From Harriotta raleighana (taxonomy: Eukaryota): a stretch of DNA of 64,000 nucleotides. Positions 49,977 to 63,264 of this stretch are shown one piece after another. The translations under genes were made by a program, and so were the position numbers. The notes under the pieces were generated by a model, which was not told the DNA's origin, did no database searches, and saw nothing but the letters and a program-made list of their open reading frames with translations. Position 1 is the stretch's first letter. Every line of letters begins with the position of its first letter. The stretch lies in the NCBI GenBank assembly GCA_050575255.1, contig JBNZDD010013599.1, positions 1,925,053 through 1,989,052 on the forward strand, read 5' to 3'.

Positions 49977-51653
49977 GTGCTGGGTTGTATTTGAGAGCGG
50001 GAGAAAGGTGGAGGGGGCAAGAGGGGGTGGAGTGAGGGGGATGGGGAGAAGAGTGGAGGTTAAGAACATAATTCAATCCTGAATTGATAACCCACAAGTC
50101 TATGTCACAGACCAGAACTCAGCTAGTGTTTCAACCCTCGTGACACAATTTCCCAAGGAGAAACTTGCCTACATGTCTCCCAATTAGGCCAAAGGCCTCA
50201 CTGTAATGTGATTTACATCTCATGCCCCAAAACTGACAGAATGCCACTAAATATCATGTAAACACGAGCTGGGAAAGTGTTATGAAGAACACACGCTGGC
50301 AGATAGGGGAAGTACTGAAAGTGGATTTCTCTTCATGAACTTTACAAGGTGCGCAAATTTGCCATGAGAATTTTGTTTTGACATTGCCCACATCTGGGGA
50401 AGGTCAGATGCAGTTTGAAAGGGACATCCATTTTTGTGCTCACTAAATGGATGTTACGCTAGCGACTTTGGGTGTTTTTGGTGATAACCAATTAGCGTAC
50501 AGTACCAAGTAATTTCATAAACCTTCTGCCCTGAGCAGATCTATGCTTCGAATCACTTCACTGTTTCTTGTGACAAAATGGAAAAATAGGACCTTGCAAT
50601 TAGCTCACACTGCAGTGTGAGTATGCGCAGGAAACTAGAAATTCTCCTACAAAGCTGAAATAATTTTGTCATAGAAAGCACTGTTCCAGTAGACTTTGTC
50701 AATTTTGTTCCTGTCAAACATGTCTGCAAGGGTTGGGAAAGAAACAGTTGGTTCAAAATCTGGACAGCCAACCCCCATCTGAAATGGTGTGAAAGGCAGC
50801 TTTCAAGCTGGCGACTTAAAATATATCAAACGGGTGGGGGCGACATTCAGATGTTTGAAGTGGCTGCATGTACGTCTGTCAGGTCCGATACGAATTTCCT
50901 GTTTGGTTTATTCTGAGGGGATCGCTTCCCAATAATCCCTTCAATGAATGGCAGCAAATTTTCGTTTGCGTCTGGGTTTGGGTTTTGCGTCCCAACAAGG
51001 AGGTCCAGATAGTGGTCGGCAGCTGGCAGTTCGTAAAAACAAAAGAGATTAGAGCTCAAGGAATGGAAGTGTAAAGGCCTGGCGTTATCTACATTCCTGT
51101 GATGTGCTTGCTGAAAAGCGTCAATCATTTTTCAGCTAAGAAAGCAATCTTCGTGTCTAAAGTTATCCATCCACCAGTGTTATTTTTAAAGATGGTGAGG
51201 CCCTGAAACGAAGCAGATCGTGCGAAACATTCCTAAAGTTACTTGGTGCTCACTGACGTCAGGCTTTCTGCCACTCTTAGCAAATATATGTGTGGGTCCC
51301 AAAATATGTGTGGGCCTAATAGATGATACTGTAATCCTTTTCATTGTTTAATTCCATAATTTAAGGCACCTACATGCCTTTCATTACGGCTGGCTGATGG
51401 GCTATTATCCCAACCCACCTTTTAGATCAAATTAGCTATTTTCCTCCACTTAATTACGTGAGAAATTGTGCTCACTTATCAGGACCCAAACCAGATATTG
51501 GGCAGGAGGCAGCAGCATGACATTACTGCTGAAGAAAACTCTTTAGAAACCTTAATATTTGGCAAAAGAAAATGTAGCATTGGTTTTAGAAACAACACAC
51601 ACACACACATATATATATTTTTGGTGTACAATGAAAATTTTTAGTTTGTCGCT

Positions 51654-51703
51654 AATTACATTTGTAGAGCGCCTTTCACGTCGGGAGGACGTCCCAAGGC
51701 GCT
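51654..51703 (-). mobile_element. L2 mini-tail
   Basis: AATTACATTTGTAGAGCGCCTTTCACGTCGGGAGGACGTCCCAAGGCGCT. Confidence 0.85.
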
Positions 51704-52118
51704 GAAAGATGAACAGCTGGGACCTCCCCCCCCCCCACCCCCGATTGGTTTAAGGAGACTTAAAAATGCAGTGTTTTTATAACCTGTTTTCATAACCTGA
51801 GCTTCGTGACATCATTGCCAATGAGCATCTATCATCAGTCAGAAGTGAAAAATATTTTCGCACTTGTGACGACTCTTCAGCCAACACAGTCATTATTTTA
51901 ATCCCAGGGTATGATTTACCCTCCCTTGTGTTTAGACACAGAGGTTTATGTACACGAAGGATTCTCCCATTCTAAATTCCAACCTTACATTTTCAAATGA
52001 AGCCACAAAACAGTGGATTAAACATCCTTAAGTACTCAAGCTTACCACACTGAACAAGAAGTCTGAAACGACACATGAATAATGCATCTTCTTTTCCCCA
52101 TTTTTAAACATTTCCAAC

Positions 52119-52168
52119 ACCCCCCCCCAACACCCTCCCCACACACACACACACACACATACACACAC
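52119..52168. repeat. C-run plus (CA)n microsatellite
   Basis: Direct reading of the sequence. Confidence 0.9.
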
Positions 52169-53289
52169 TATCCCACTTCCATTTCCTCCAAGCCATTCAC
52201 AATTTCCTTTTAATCTTGTTATCTCTATACTGCAGCTCTGTCAGTTGTGAGTTTCATACCCACAGTAAGCAAGGCTTCATTGCAGATGAAGTATGTTCAG
52301 GTTTCCATTGATTCCGAGCTCTTTGAGTCGCTACTTTAGTCCTGCATCATTTTCAGCTAAAGCCGTATTATAATTATAATTCTGTTGTCACTAACAGTCC
52401 AGATTCATAACTGACATATATGAAGTAAATAATTACTGTGGGAGACGGCCACATCGGGCTGTCTGACACGTTTGATTCCTGATAAATGCGTACAAAAGCT
52501 AGCTCGCCTTGCAAGCCTTTTCATGCTTGATTAGGAAATCTGTAAATTGGAGTCAGAAATTGCTATGAGACATCAAAAAAACACACCGATAAAAAAAAAG
52601 TGATTGAAGTTCCAAAATGTTTTTTGGCGTTTCAAGGTGAAAATTGCCATTCAACGGAGCATAATTAGTATGCTGAGGATTAGGCACAGTTTTATGATCT
52701 CCCTTAAAATTTATGTTTGCAACATCTTACTTTTCCCTCAAATTGCTCCATCTATGCTAGAGTAACTGGTTTATCCTCTGACTTTTATTACACCAGCTCT
52801 AGGGTTCCCCAGAGGTCTATTCCCTCTCCCGGTCCTTCTCCCGATCGATGTTTTCCTTCAAATATTCTTTTAAAAATAATTGAGTGGTCTCTAATTAAAC
52901 AATTCTGACATTAACGTACGGATTGTGGCCTTTGGAAGTTCTGTAAAAGCTCTGTACTTTGGAAAACATTAAAAGAGGATCTTATCCGTTAATTTACAGT
53001 ATCATTATCACCTCATCATATTTAGCTTCATATCTTCACTACCTCTTTTAAATACATAAAGAAATATACAAATTAGCCATAATCATAATCACCCATTTAC
53101 TGCCAGGCTACTTGTGGGAGATTGCTCTGTGTGAATTGACTGCAGTGCTTGCTTACAAAATACGCAGTCACTACACTTGCAACTCAAATTCTGTGAAGTA
53201 CTGTATCTGGAGAAATAATTTGTATGATAATAAATACACAGGACACAAACCCATAGCAAACCTGTAGCCAATCGTACAATGGAACAAAA

Positions 53290-53412
53290 ATCTCTGCTTT
53301 ATCTCTACGCTTTCAGCCATCAGACCCCAAAACTCTGGAACATTCTTCCTCTATCCCTTCCCCTTGCCCCCTCCTTCCCCATCTTCAGATCACAATTGAA
53401 GACCTTCCTCTT
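53290..53412 (+). mobile_element. L2 ORF2 3' fragment
   Basis: Translates AFSHQTPKLWNILPLSLPLAPSFPIFRSQLKTFLF. Confidence 0.8.
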
Positions 53413-53696
53413 CATTCGCCACTGTCAAGGTCGCTACCCTGAATGAGGTGTCTGTGTGCTACATAACTGCAAGTTATTTGCTGTTTATCGGGAAAGTCAA
53501 ATTCATCATTGGATCCTTTGGTCCCCTGATAGGTGTCAAATATGTTTACTACAGACGCATAAACTGAAACTGGAGAAATGTTCCCACGTAACATCTAAAA
53601 AAAATTAAGCCATCAACCTGTTTTCATCCACAAAGTTTGAAGTTTTTGCAATCCAAACTGCATGTTTAATGTGGATCTATTATTAGAAACGCTAAT

Positions 53697-53735
53697 GGGG
53701 TGGGGCGGGGGCGGGGGTGGGGGTGGGGGGGTGGG
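53697..53735 (+). other. G-quadruplex-competent G-run cluster
   Basis: Seven runs of 3 or more G separated by single nucleotides. Confidence 0.6.
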
Positions 53736-54409
53736 TGTTGTTTGCATTGGAATCAGGCACAGATGAATGAGGAACTGGGGCTTGATGAATAAAAAGCAGT
53801 TAAGTCATTTTGGTGATTGCGAGACTTGGAAGAGGGAATAGAAAAAATGGTGCCAATCAGATTCTTTCTGTAGCCACATATATCTCAGCACCTACTAATC
53901 ACAGCGTTATGAGGATTAGAAAGCTATTAGCTATCTGCCTGGAACAGTTAAGAAGGAAATTTAATGGCAGCAATAAGGCTATATACCCATAGCTGTAATT
54001 TTGCTCAATGTTGCAATTACTTTAGTTGATGTGCTAATATTCATTATTACACTAAAACAGATTTAAGTACTCTGCCAACAAATTGTTTTCGATATAAAAC
54101 CTTCTTTAATCAAGTGTTATTTCTTACATTGAGATCATTAAGATCTCGTGCTTTTACCTTACGTTGATTATATTCTTTTTCCTAAAGGATTATTTTTTGG
54201 GGGGGAACAAATGACATTGAATGTATCCATGGCGTCATTGATTCACTGAGAAACTGAATAGTTTACACTTTTTTTCACGCATAGTTTTAAACGACTGTTA
54301 ATATTCTTAGGAGCTCGGTACATTAAGGTGAATCCTGTTCCTTCTTTTTAACTGAGCTAATAGGGAAATGCAGTCGATAATGTGGTAAATACCTGCACGA
54401 TAACATGAA

Positions 54410-54700
54410 CAGAACAGCAAGGAATGATTCCAGGACATTGAGCTTGAAATTATGAGTCTTAAAAGATCTGAGGCTATTCTCGTTAGGAAAACGGGAAATG
54501 GTGACTATTCCAGAGCTGTAGGATGAAGGCCGATACAGGTGGAAGCGAAACTATTTGACTTGAACAGTGAGAGCAGGGTTAAAAAGGAATCAATAGAGAA
54601 ATGGACAGGAATCCATTGATGTTGACTCCACTAACTCTTTCACAAAACGATTGGATAAGCATCACTCAAGAATATTATTGGAGGCTACAGCCTTAGGTGC
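54410..54700 (+). mobile_element. Heavily decayed CR1 ORF2 fragment
   Basis: GGAATGATTCCAGGAC..GAG...TTATGAG...CTGAGGCTATTCTCGTTAGG...AAACGATTGGATAAG resembles RMIPGLR..YE..LGLFSL..K.LD. Confidence 0.5.
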
Positions 54701-54714
54701 AGATCAAAATCATT

Positions 54715-54935
54715 GTAATCCTTGCATTTTGTAAAAGCACCTTTCACATTGTCGAGATGGGATTTTACTGTGAACAGTGAAGTGAAGACTGTGGCAGATC
54801 TTGACAGTCTGAATGGTCTTTTGCATTTCCTTACTTTATAAATGAAATTCCAATGTAAGGAACTTAAGCGCTTTGAGGTGTCGATAAGATGTGAAAAGCG
54901 CTATATCAAATGCAAGGATTATTATTATTATTATT
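54715..54935. mobile_element. Two SINE tails in opposite orientation (54715-54800 minus; 54865-54935 plus)
   Basis: TAATCCTTGCATTT...CACCTTTCACATTGTCGAGAT, and AAGCGCTTTGAGGTGTCGATAAGATGTGAAAAGCGCTATATCAAATGCAAGG(ATT)n. Confidence 0.7.
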
Positions 54936-55734
54936 TGATTCAGGAATATGATGACTGGATCAGCAATCAAACATTCGGCTTTATTTACAGTTTCGAAATC
55001 GACTTTTTTTTTATATACAATGGGTTTCAAAGGATCGAGTTTCCTTCAGATCTTATCTTCCACATGTTCCCGTTCGAGTAACAAACAAAAAAGGCACTCC
55101 AAAACAATACTTCACCTGAACAAAAGAGTTGAAGTGGTTTTATTACTGTGCACCTGCATAGGTCAGCAACATTGGCTGAACTACTTTGAACATTTTTCTA
55201 TTAGTTCAGTTAAAACATGAAACAGGGCGAAGATAATAGTCTTTCTAACCCCGTGCTATGTATTGTACTGTGCTGTATATTCCTGTATAAGGGTTGAACC
55301 TTGCCCCTTGTAAAACCAAGAACACCTGTTAAACACAATAATCTGTTCACTGGATGTTTTCTGATTTAATGGATCTCACCAGCTCATCTTTAACTCTAAT
55401 TGTTATTATCTACACAATCACGTCTGTCTTCAGGTTGCGCAGGTCGGCGGGCCCGATCCCTTCATCCAAGGCATTAATTGGTTATCTTGCGAAGATTGCT
55501 GCCTTTTGTAGTCAGAGAAAAAAATGTCGCTTCTTACACAATTATAAGAGTCTTACTCTTTGACTTGCAAACTGCCTTTAGTGCATCACTTGTGAACCTT
55601 ATCTGCCTCCATCATAAATGAAGAACAACACAGTGTTTAAGTCATCCATAGAAATGCTCCTATATTCAACCTACTCCCAACCATTACTTATTACTTGGGC
55701 GAGACAGGTGCGCCTTCACAGCAACGCACAAAGA

Positions 55735-55787
55735 ACAAGAACAACAAGTGACGTTTATATGCTGCCTTTCATATCGGGAGGACGTCC
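55735..55787 (-). mobile_element. L2 mini-tail
   Basis: ACAACAAGTGACGTTTATATGCTGCCTTTCATATCGGGAGGACGTCC. Confidence 0.7.
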
Positions 55788-55923
55788 GATATCAATAGCA
55801 ATCGCTAAATGTAGTGGTTTTCTTTCAATACTTACGGTGATCTAGCGGCAAATTATTTTTAAAATAACAGGTCGGAGAATGAAATACCAGTGTTATAGTT
55901 TGTTAAAAGCGATTTTTCTATGT

Positions 55924-58900
55924 TTTCCAGGTTTAAGGACTGAGGAGGAACCGACAGCCGCAGGCAGGAGTTAACTAAAATCTGCCAGGTTTTTCAGATG
56001 TGCCCAGTTTATCAGATGTTCCCAGATTGTCATAGTCTCAAATGTGCCCATTGCGTCAACATTGCCATCTGTACAAAACATTCCAGCTGTGTACAGTACA
56101 CCAACTGTGTTTCACACAAAGCTGTTTACTCTTTGTGATGTATATTTATCTTCAATCTAGCCACATGTGTTGGAAAGCGCCAGACTAAGGCATATGTATT
56201 TTAAACTGCGTCCTCAAATTTCTATTCTATTTGTACACAGACTCGGGTGATAACACGAGTTGCCATTGCTTTATTCATTTTGACATTGAGGCCACACGTA
56301 TAAAATAGCCAAGATTATATTACAACACAGTATAATTGACACTCATACAAGCACCTTCCACTGTGGGAGCGGGCAAACCACAATTAAACTAGAGCATTAG
56401 TCAGTTGATCAGACAGCAAGGGTAGAATATGGAAGCGAGACATTAAAGGGGAGGAAAGAGGAATCCCCAAATGAAACTCTTCTGGTTCCAAATGCAGCGA
56501 GGTACAAATTTCTAACAAGGAAAGCAAGAGGGAGTTTTGAATTTGCTAACTTTCTGAACAAAACGGGCCTTGAATTTAATGCACTCGTTATGTTGTGTGT
56601 TATTTTCTTCCATTTTCTCCCCCTCTCCTGGAGGCACTTGATTGATTTTCTTTCTACTGGGATTGTGCTTTCCACAGGAAACCTTTGCCCAAGTGGATCA
56701 TTGTTCACGTGTGAGTTCTGACAGCGAGTCTTGGCAGGTTACTCGAATTAGCCCAGGGGCACTGAGGCTAATTGCATCACCCTGGGTGCCTGAACCAGCT
56801 GAGAACTTTTCTAACCGAGCACAGAGCAAGGATCTAACCCGAGCTCAGCTGCTCTCCGAAATAACCCATTCGACGTTAAATGAGCTCTTACTTTAAATAA
56901 AAATGAAATAAAATAATATTGTTTTTCGAACCTGCAAAATTCGGTTTTCATTTCGACCAATGCTTTTTGGGGTATATTATACACACCATGACATATCGCA
57001 AAATCAGCACTTAAAATCTGGTCGGGATCATCATCATTATTAGTATTAAAGTCAATTCAATTTGCAGTATATTCTGTGAAGTGCTTTGAGATGTCTTGAG
57101 GACGTGATAAGGGACCTATGTCAAATGTAAGGATTATTATATTTTTTCCCCTTCTTTGCTGAGAACCTGCCTGAGATGGTTTGACAAACGCACCCAGTCT
57201 CCCTCGATGCCCGATCCACAAGCTGGACAGTATTAAAGCGCCCATTGCTGAACAGAGAGAACACGAGCTGAGGTCACGGAATGCCTATTCAAGCGTATTC
57301 AGCTGCTGCGTGCAGCGGGTAATGGTCCATCCATTCAGAATTCCTGTCAGGAAGCTGTGGGGAAACTCTGGACATGCGAACACTTCCCTACCTTCACTGC
57401 AGGGGGCAGAATGAAGAATTGCAAAACAGTTACGCGAAAGTCCAGAATCATAGATCTACTATCAGTCACCTAAATTGAACTCTAAATTCAATATAAGAGA
57501 ACGTGCTGGGGATGAGACAGTTGGCATTGTATCGAGAAGATCCTAAATTGTATCAAGAAGATCCTGAAAACTCTTCATTTACTGTGTGGTTTTGTGGTTT
57601 TTCACTTCTTCTTTCGATCACTGAATTGTTTTTTAACCCCACAGGTTGATCTGGCAATTGGACAAGAGACCGGNTTTTCCAGGTTTAAGGACTGAGGAGG
57701 AACCGACAGCCGCAGGCAGGAGTTAACTAAAATCTGCCAGGTTTTTCAGATGTGCCCAGTTTATCAGATGTTCCCAGATTGTCATAGTCTCAAATGTGCC
57801 CATTGCGTCAACATTGCCATCTGTACAAAACATTCCAGCTGTGTACAGTACACCAACTGTGTTTCACACAAAGCTGTTTACTCTTTGTGATGTATATTTA
57901 TCTTCAATCTAGCCACATGTGTTGGAAAGCGCCAGACTAAGGCATATGTATTTTAAACTGCGTCCTCAAATTTCTATTCTATTTGTACACAGACTCGGGT
58001 GATAACACGAGTTGCCATTGCTTTATTCATTTTGACATTGAGGCCACACGTATAAAATAGCCAAGATTATATTACAACACAGTATAATTGACACTCATAC
58101 AAGCACCTTCCACTGTGGGAGCGGGCAAACCACAATTAAACTAGAGCATTAGTCAGTTGATCAGACAGCAAGGGTAGAATATGGAAGCGAGACATTAAAG
58201 GGGAGGAAAGAGGAATCCCCAAATGAAACTCTTCTGGTTCCAAATGCAGCGAGGTACAAATTTCTAACAAGGAAAGCAAGAGGGAGTTTTGAATTTGCTA
58301 ACTTTCTGAACAAAACGGGCCTTGAATTTAATGCACTCGTTATGTTGTGTGTTATTTTCTTCCATTTTCTCCCCCTCTCCTGGAGGCACTTGATTGATTT
58401 TCTTTCTACTGGGATTGTGCTTTCCACAGGAAACCTTTGCCCAAGTGGATCATTGTTCACGTGTGAGTTCTGACAGCGAGTCTTGGCAGGTTACTCGAAT
58501 TAGCCCAGGGGCACTGAGGCTAATTGCATCACCCTGGGTGCCTGAACCAGCTGAGAACTTTTCTAACCGAGCACAGAGCAAGGATCTAACCCGAGCTCAG
58601 CTGCTCTCCGAAATAACCCATTCGACGTTAAATGAGCTCTTACTTTAAATAAAAATGAAATAAAATAATATTGTTTTTCGAACCTGCAAAATTCGGTTTT
58701 CATTTCGACCAATGCTTTTTGGGGTATATTATACACACCATGACATATCGCAAAATCAGCACTTAAAATCTGGTCGGGATCATCATCATTATTAGTATTA
58801 AAGTCAATTCAATTTGCAGTATATTCTGTGAAGTGCTTTGAGATGTCTTGAGGACGTGATAAGGGACCTATGTCAAATGTAAGGATTATTATATTTTTTC

Positions 58901-59424
58901 CCCTTCTTTGCTGAGAACCTGCCTGAGATGGTTTGACAAACGCACCCAGTCTCCCTCGATGCCCGATCCACAAGCTGGACAGTATTAAAGCGCCCATTGC
59001 TGAACAGAGAGAACACGAGCTGAGGTCACGGAATGCCTATTCAAGCGTATTCAGCTGCTGCGTGCAGCGGGTAATGGTCCATCCATTCAGAATTCCTGTC
59101 AGGAAGCTGTGGGGAAACTCTGGACATGCGAACACTTCCCTACCTTCACTGCAGGGGGCAGAATGAAGAATTGCAAAACAGTTACGCGAAAGTCCAGAAT
59201 CATAGATCTACTATCAGTCACCTAAATTGAACTCTAAATTCAATATAAGAGAACGTGCTGGGGATGAGACAGTTGGCATTGTATCGAGAAGATCCTAAAT
59301 TGTATCAAGAAGATCCTGAAAACTCTTCATTTACTGTGTGGTTTTGTGGTTTTTCACTTCTTCTTTCGATCACTGAATTGTTTTTTAACCCCACAGGTTC
59401 ATCTGGCAATTGGACAAGAGACCG
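55924..59424. repeat. ~1.75-kb duplicate around single N at 57674
   Basis: 55924-57673 matches 57675-59424 almost exactly (one SNP seen: GTTGATC versus GTTCATC). Four ORFs are duplicated in the track. Confidence 0.95.
57048..57142 (+). mobile_element. SINE 3' tail (duplicate at 58800-58894)
   Basis: GTCAATTCAATTTGCAGTATATTCTGTGAAGTGCTTTGAGATGTCTTGAGGACGTGATAAGG...CAAATGTAAGGATTATT. Confidence 0.8.
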
Positions 59425-59551
59425 GATGAAAATTGGTGGCAGTGAAAAATGATGGTCATTCTGACATGAACATCAATCCAACTGTTGTTTATCCTTTGCT
59501 TCCCAACTTAAAACAATTCATGAAATTGATTGAAGAATTGAGGATGGAAAC

Positions 59552-60092
59552 ACACTCCCACGCGGGTCTGCCCAGCTCCACGATTCAAAAAGTCCGGCTC
59601 GTTCAGAGCTCCGTAGCCCGCCTGCTCACCTGGATCAAATTCCCAACCTCCATCTCACCAGTTCTGGCCAGGCCCCACTTGCTCCCGTCACCAAATGGAT
59701 GGATTTCAACATCCTCACACCCGTGTTCAAAACCTCTCCCTCCCTGGCACCTCCCTACCTCCTCCTCGCTTCCTTCCCAACCCACCACCTTCACTTGACA
59801 GGCATCGGCCTCCTACTTGTCCCACGCTCCCTCCACTCCACCATTGGTGGTCGTGCTTTCGGCCACTGTGCCCCAAAAGAGTGGAATACTTTCCCTCCAA
59901 TCCCTCACCGCTCGCCCCCTCTCTCCCCTTTTTCCAAGTCCTGCCTGAAAACCTTCTCTGTCAACAGTGTTTACTCCCACCTCTCCACCCCCACCACACA
60001 CCTATTCCTCCTCCCCCACCTCGAAGTCAGGCTCCCCCACTATTAAGTACCCTGAGATGCTATGGAGGATACTACATAAGTGCAAGTTGTTG
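59552..60092 (+). mobile_element. L2 ORF2 C-terminal fragment plus tail
   Basis: AGLPSSTIQKVRLVQSSVARLLT...ISPVLARPHLLP / DFNILTPVFK...LAPPYL...GLLLVPR..HSTIGGRAF..CAPKEWNTFP...KSCLKTF. Confidence 0.92.
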
Positions 60093-60209
60093 AAGATGTT
60101 ATCTTGCCTCATGAGAGTCTTCAACGTTTGTCTCCACTCACAATAGGCACAAATGTGCATTGTAGTGTTTTTTTAAAAAATGATAATAATTTGATCAATC
60201 AATCCACAA

Positions 60210-60352
60210 CTGTTTGTGGGATGCCGCTGTGGGTAACTGGCAGCCACAACTCGGCCGCAAATGTACAGTCACTACGTTTGACACTATATTCTGTGAAGCA
60301 CTTTGAGATGTCTAGAAGAGGTGGAAAGCATTATATCAAATGCAAATGTTGT
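60210..60352 (+). mobile_element. DeuSINE 3' half
   Basis: CTGTTTGTGGGATGCCGCTGTGGGTAACTGGCAGCC...CTGTGAAGCACTTTGAGATGTC...TATATCAAATGCAA. Confidence 0.75.
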
Positions 60353-60523
60353 TACAAAGGATAGGGTTGTGGTGGCTGAACAACAATCCAACATTGCTGT
60401 AATTATATATTAATGATAAGGTGTAAAGATTGTCTGTGTGTGCTTTTTTGGGGGGGGGTGGGAGATGAACTATGGCCTCTCGTTGATGAGCTTTGACCTA
60501 AACAAGCTCATCACACAATTTTT

Positions 60524-60593
60524 CATAGAGCCAGCACAGACTAGATGGGCCAAATGGCCTCCTTTCGTGCTGGAAAATTCTACGATTCTATGA
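60524..60593 (+). mobile_element. CR1 extreme 3' end
   Basis: AGCCAGCACAGACTAGATGGGCCAAATGGCCTCCTT, then the octamer tail ATTCTACG ATTCTATG. Confidence 0.8.
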
Positions 60594-63264
60594 AAATGGT
60601 TTGTGAGTGGTATCACTGAAATCTACATTCCACGTTGGATCCTTTTGGTTGCAAGCGCAGTTTATGTGGCAGGAAAAGCAATCGGAAGGGAACATGTCTA
60701 AGATGTTCAGTAAACAAATCATATCATTTTGTAAACTTAGTAAGGGGGTGGGGGGGTGGGTTTCGCTTGCTGTTTACAACACAGCTTACATCTGCCCATT
60801 AGCAGTAAGTGCAAAGAGCAGTTCATTTGGAAGCATTGCTTTTTTTAATATGTAGAAAAAATATTAATAGCTGTTGTCCTTTCTGCAAGTTACATTATCT
60901 CATCACGGTCTTTGCTATAAAAGCACTTCATCCCACTTGAAACACAGATTTTATAAAACCTCAACATGGATTTGCAATGTGCCCATAATGACATGGTTGA
61001 GTATTTCAAATTGTGTTAAATTTCAGAATGTAATTTAAGGGGTGGATTTTCGCCTGAGGTGGATGATGAATGGCTCATATTTTATGTTTCACAAAGCAAA
61101 AGCTAATGGTAGGAATAGAACTAGTACATCTTTCCAAGGTGTAACCCAGTCCAACACATTTTCCCTCAAGCACATGCAGATTCACAAAGTTTAAGCAGAT
61201 AATAAGATGAAACCCGCACATGTCATTACTGATAAGTGCATGATTTTCGCTGTCTTGAAGATTAGAGTTAAAGCCTGGAGATGCATGAAACAGTTACTGC
61301 TTTGAAACTCGCCAGTTGTTCAGTGGGACCTTTTGGCAGGAGTTCAGTTTAATATGTTTATATGATAAGTGGCAAGAGAGTCAAGGATACTTTACACTGA
61401 TGTAAACAGATATCGAGCTCGTCAGTGTATTCGGGCTGAAAAGAATGTGCTACGAAGCAGCTTTAATGGATCTTCCTGCATCGAAAGAAGGATAAGGCAA
61501 GTGCTTTTTTTAATTTAGTTTTGGGGTTAGACTTTATGAATTCACAAGTTTTCTGAAATGTGAGAGAAACACCTTGAGTTTGACTGGCTGCACTTTAGTC
61601 AGGAATTATTTGGAAAGCCATCCCAGTCGTATTCAGGGGGAAAGGTTTCCATTGTTTGTTCAACTTCAGTACATTTGCTTCTTAATTGGCAGCCACCACA
61701 TTTCATTTATACATTGGTCCTAGCTAGGTTTGCGATAATGGATTCAAGCGAGTATTCAAAACTAAATATTAACAGAGGTCGATCTAACATGTCGCCCACC
61801 ATTTATGGTTAATATTTTTGCACGTCTGGTTTTCGGTTCCTGCTCCCAGAGACTCCCAGCTCGCTCGAGAGCACCCGTTTGAAATGAACAGCACTGTGTT
61901 TTGTCAAGTGTTTCCCCTTCTATTGCTAACGTATCTAGACTTGCAGTACTTCGCTCTCAGATCTGCACTTTCAGAGGAATTGGAACGAGGGCGGAGAAGT
62001 GAGCAGGATCCATAAAAGTGGTTGAAATTGAAACGAACCACCATATTAGGTCTGCAATTACTTTGAGGGGGATACATGAGTGAATTCGGAGTGGAGAGCA
62101 GCTAAAACTCTGAGGAGGAAACAGACTTGCGAGGGAAAGGGACTGAAGAGACAAATATTCCCAAAAGTTCTCTATAATGAAATCCAGTTCACAATTTCCA
62201 GCGAAATATCCAAAATTGTGTACGCCTGTACGAAAAATGTGCATAAATAATGCAATTTTTTTTTTAACGGAATTTAGTTCACATATGCAAGCAATTGTTC
62301 AATATTTGGCATCATGGGCAAGACACACAATTGGTATATTAAAGATTGTGGATATAAATAAGCCCTTCATGACGGGAAGGAAAAATAATTACGTTCGCGA
62401 TTGTTAAGGTCGATAAAATTATCAAACCATAGAAAAACTAGCTCATGCAATAACGGCGGACACAACTGGTGAGAAAGCTAAGCGAGAGGGCAGAAAAAAA
62501 AACACGAAGCTAGAGGAGAACTGTATAGTATCTAAAGCTGTATCTAAAGTTTTAGATGAAAGCTGCACTATTTTGACTGTATAAACGCCAGGCATTTCTG
62601 TTGTACAGAGAATACATTTACAGTATTTTGTTCGTTGATATTTGTAACTCCTTTTCTGTCTAAAGAGATGTAACAAAAAAATAGGAAGCTATGTGCTTTA
62701 TGGAAGCTTTATGGATTGGAGGATGGAATGAGATGAGAAGAGATGAATTGCAAACTTGTACCAGAATATTGTTTGTATGAGATTTGATCACAAAATAACA
62801 ATCCAGATTTTTTTTTAAACAAAAGGAACCTTTTGTTGTACACTTGCAGCAGAGAATGTCTGACCGATGTCTGATACTGTTATTCAAAAGATCTTCTACA
62901 GTTTCCACCCTAGACAGCCCTCAAGTCGCAGATCTATTCCCAAAAACGCGTGGAACATTTATCTGTGGTCCAACACGCGAATAAGTGGTTTGCAAATTCC
63001 TCCATTTGGAGCAGGTAAAGTTGCAGGGATTGTAAAGGTTTGTGGACCAATTTCTAGAGCGCTCGAACCAGCAAATTGGAACGCTGAACTGAGTCCGCAA
63101 ATACTTCGTGCAAACTAAATAAACCGCGCCATATACGGACTGCATTTTCTGTGGCAACACAAGTAACACGGAGAGCTAAAAGGCATGAAAGCAATTTCAT
63201 GTCGAATAGTTCTTAAAGGAAAATAGTTCTTGCTGAAAAACAATCAAGACTGTTTGATCACCCC

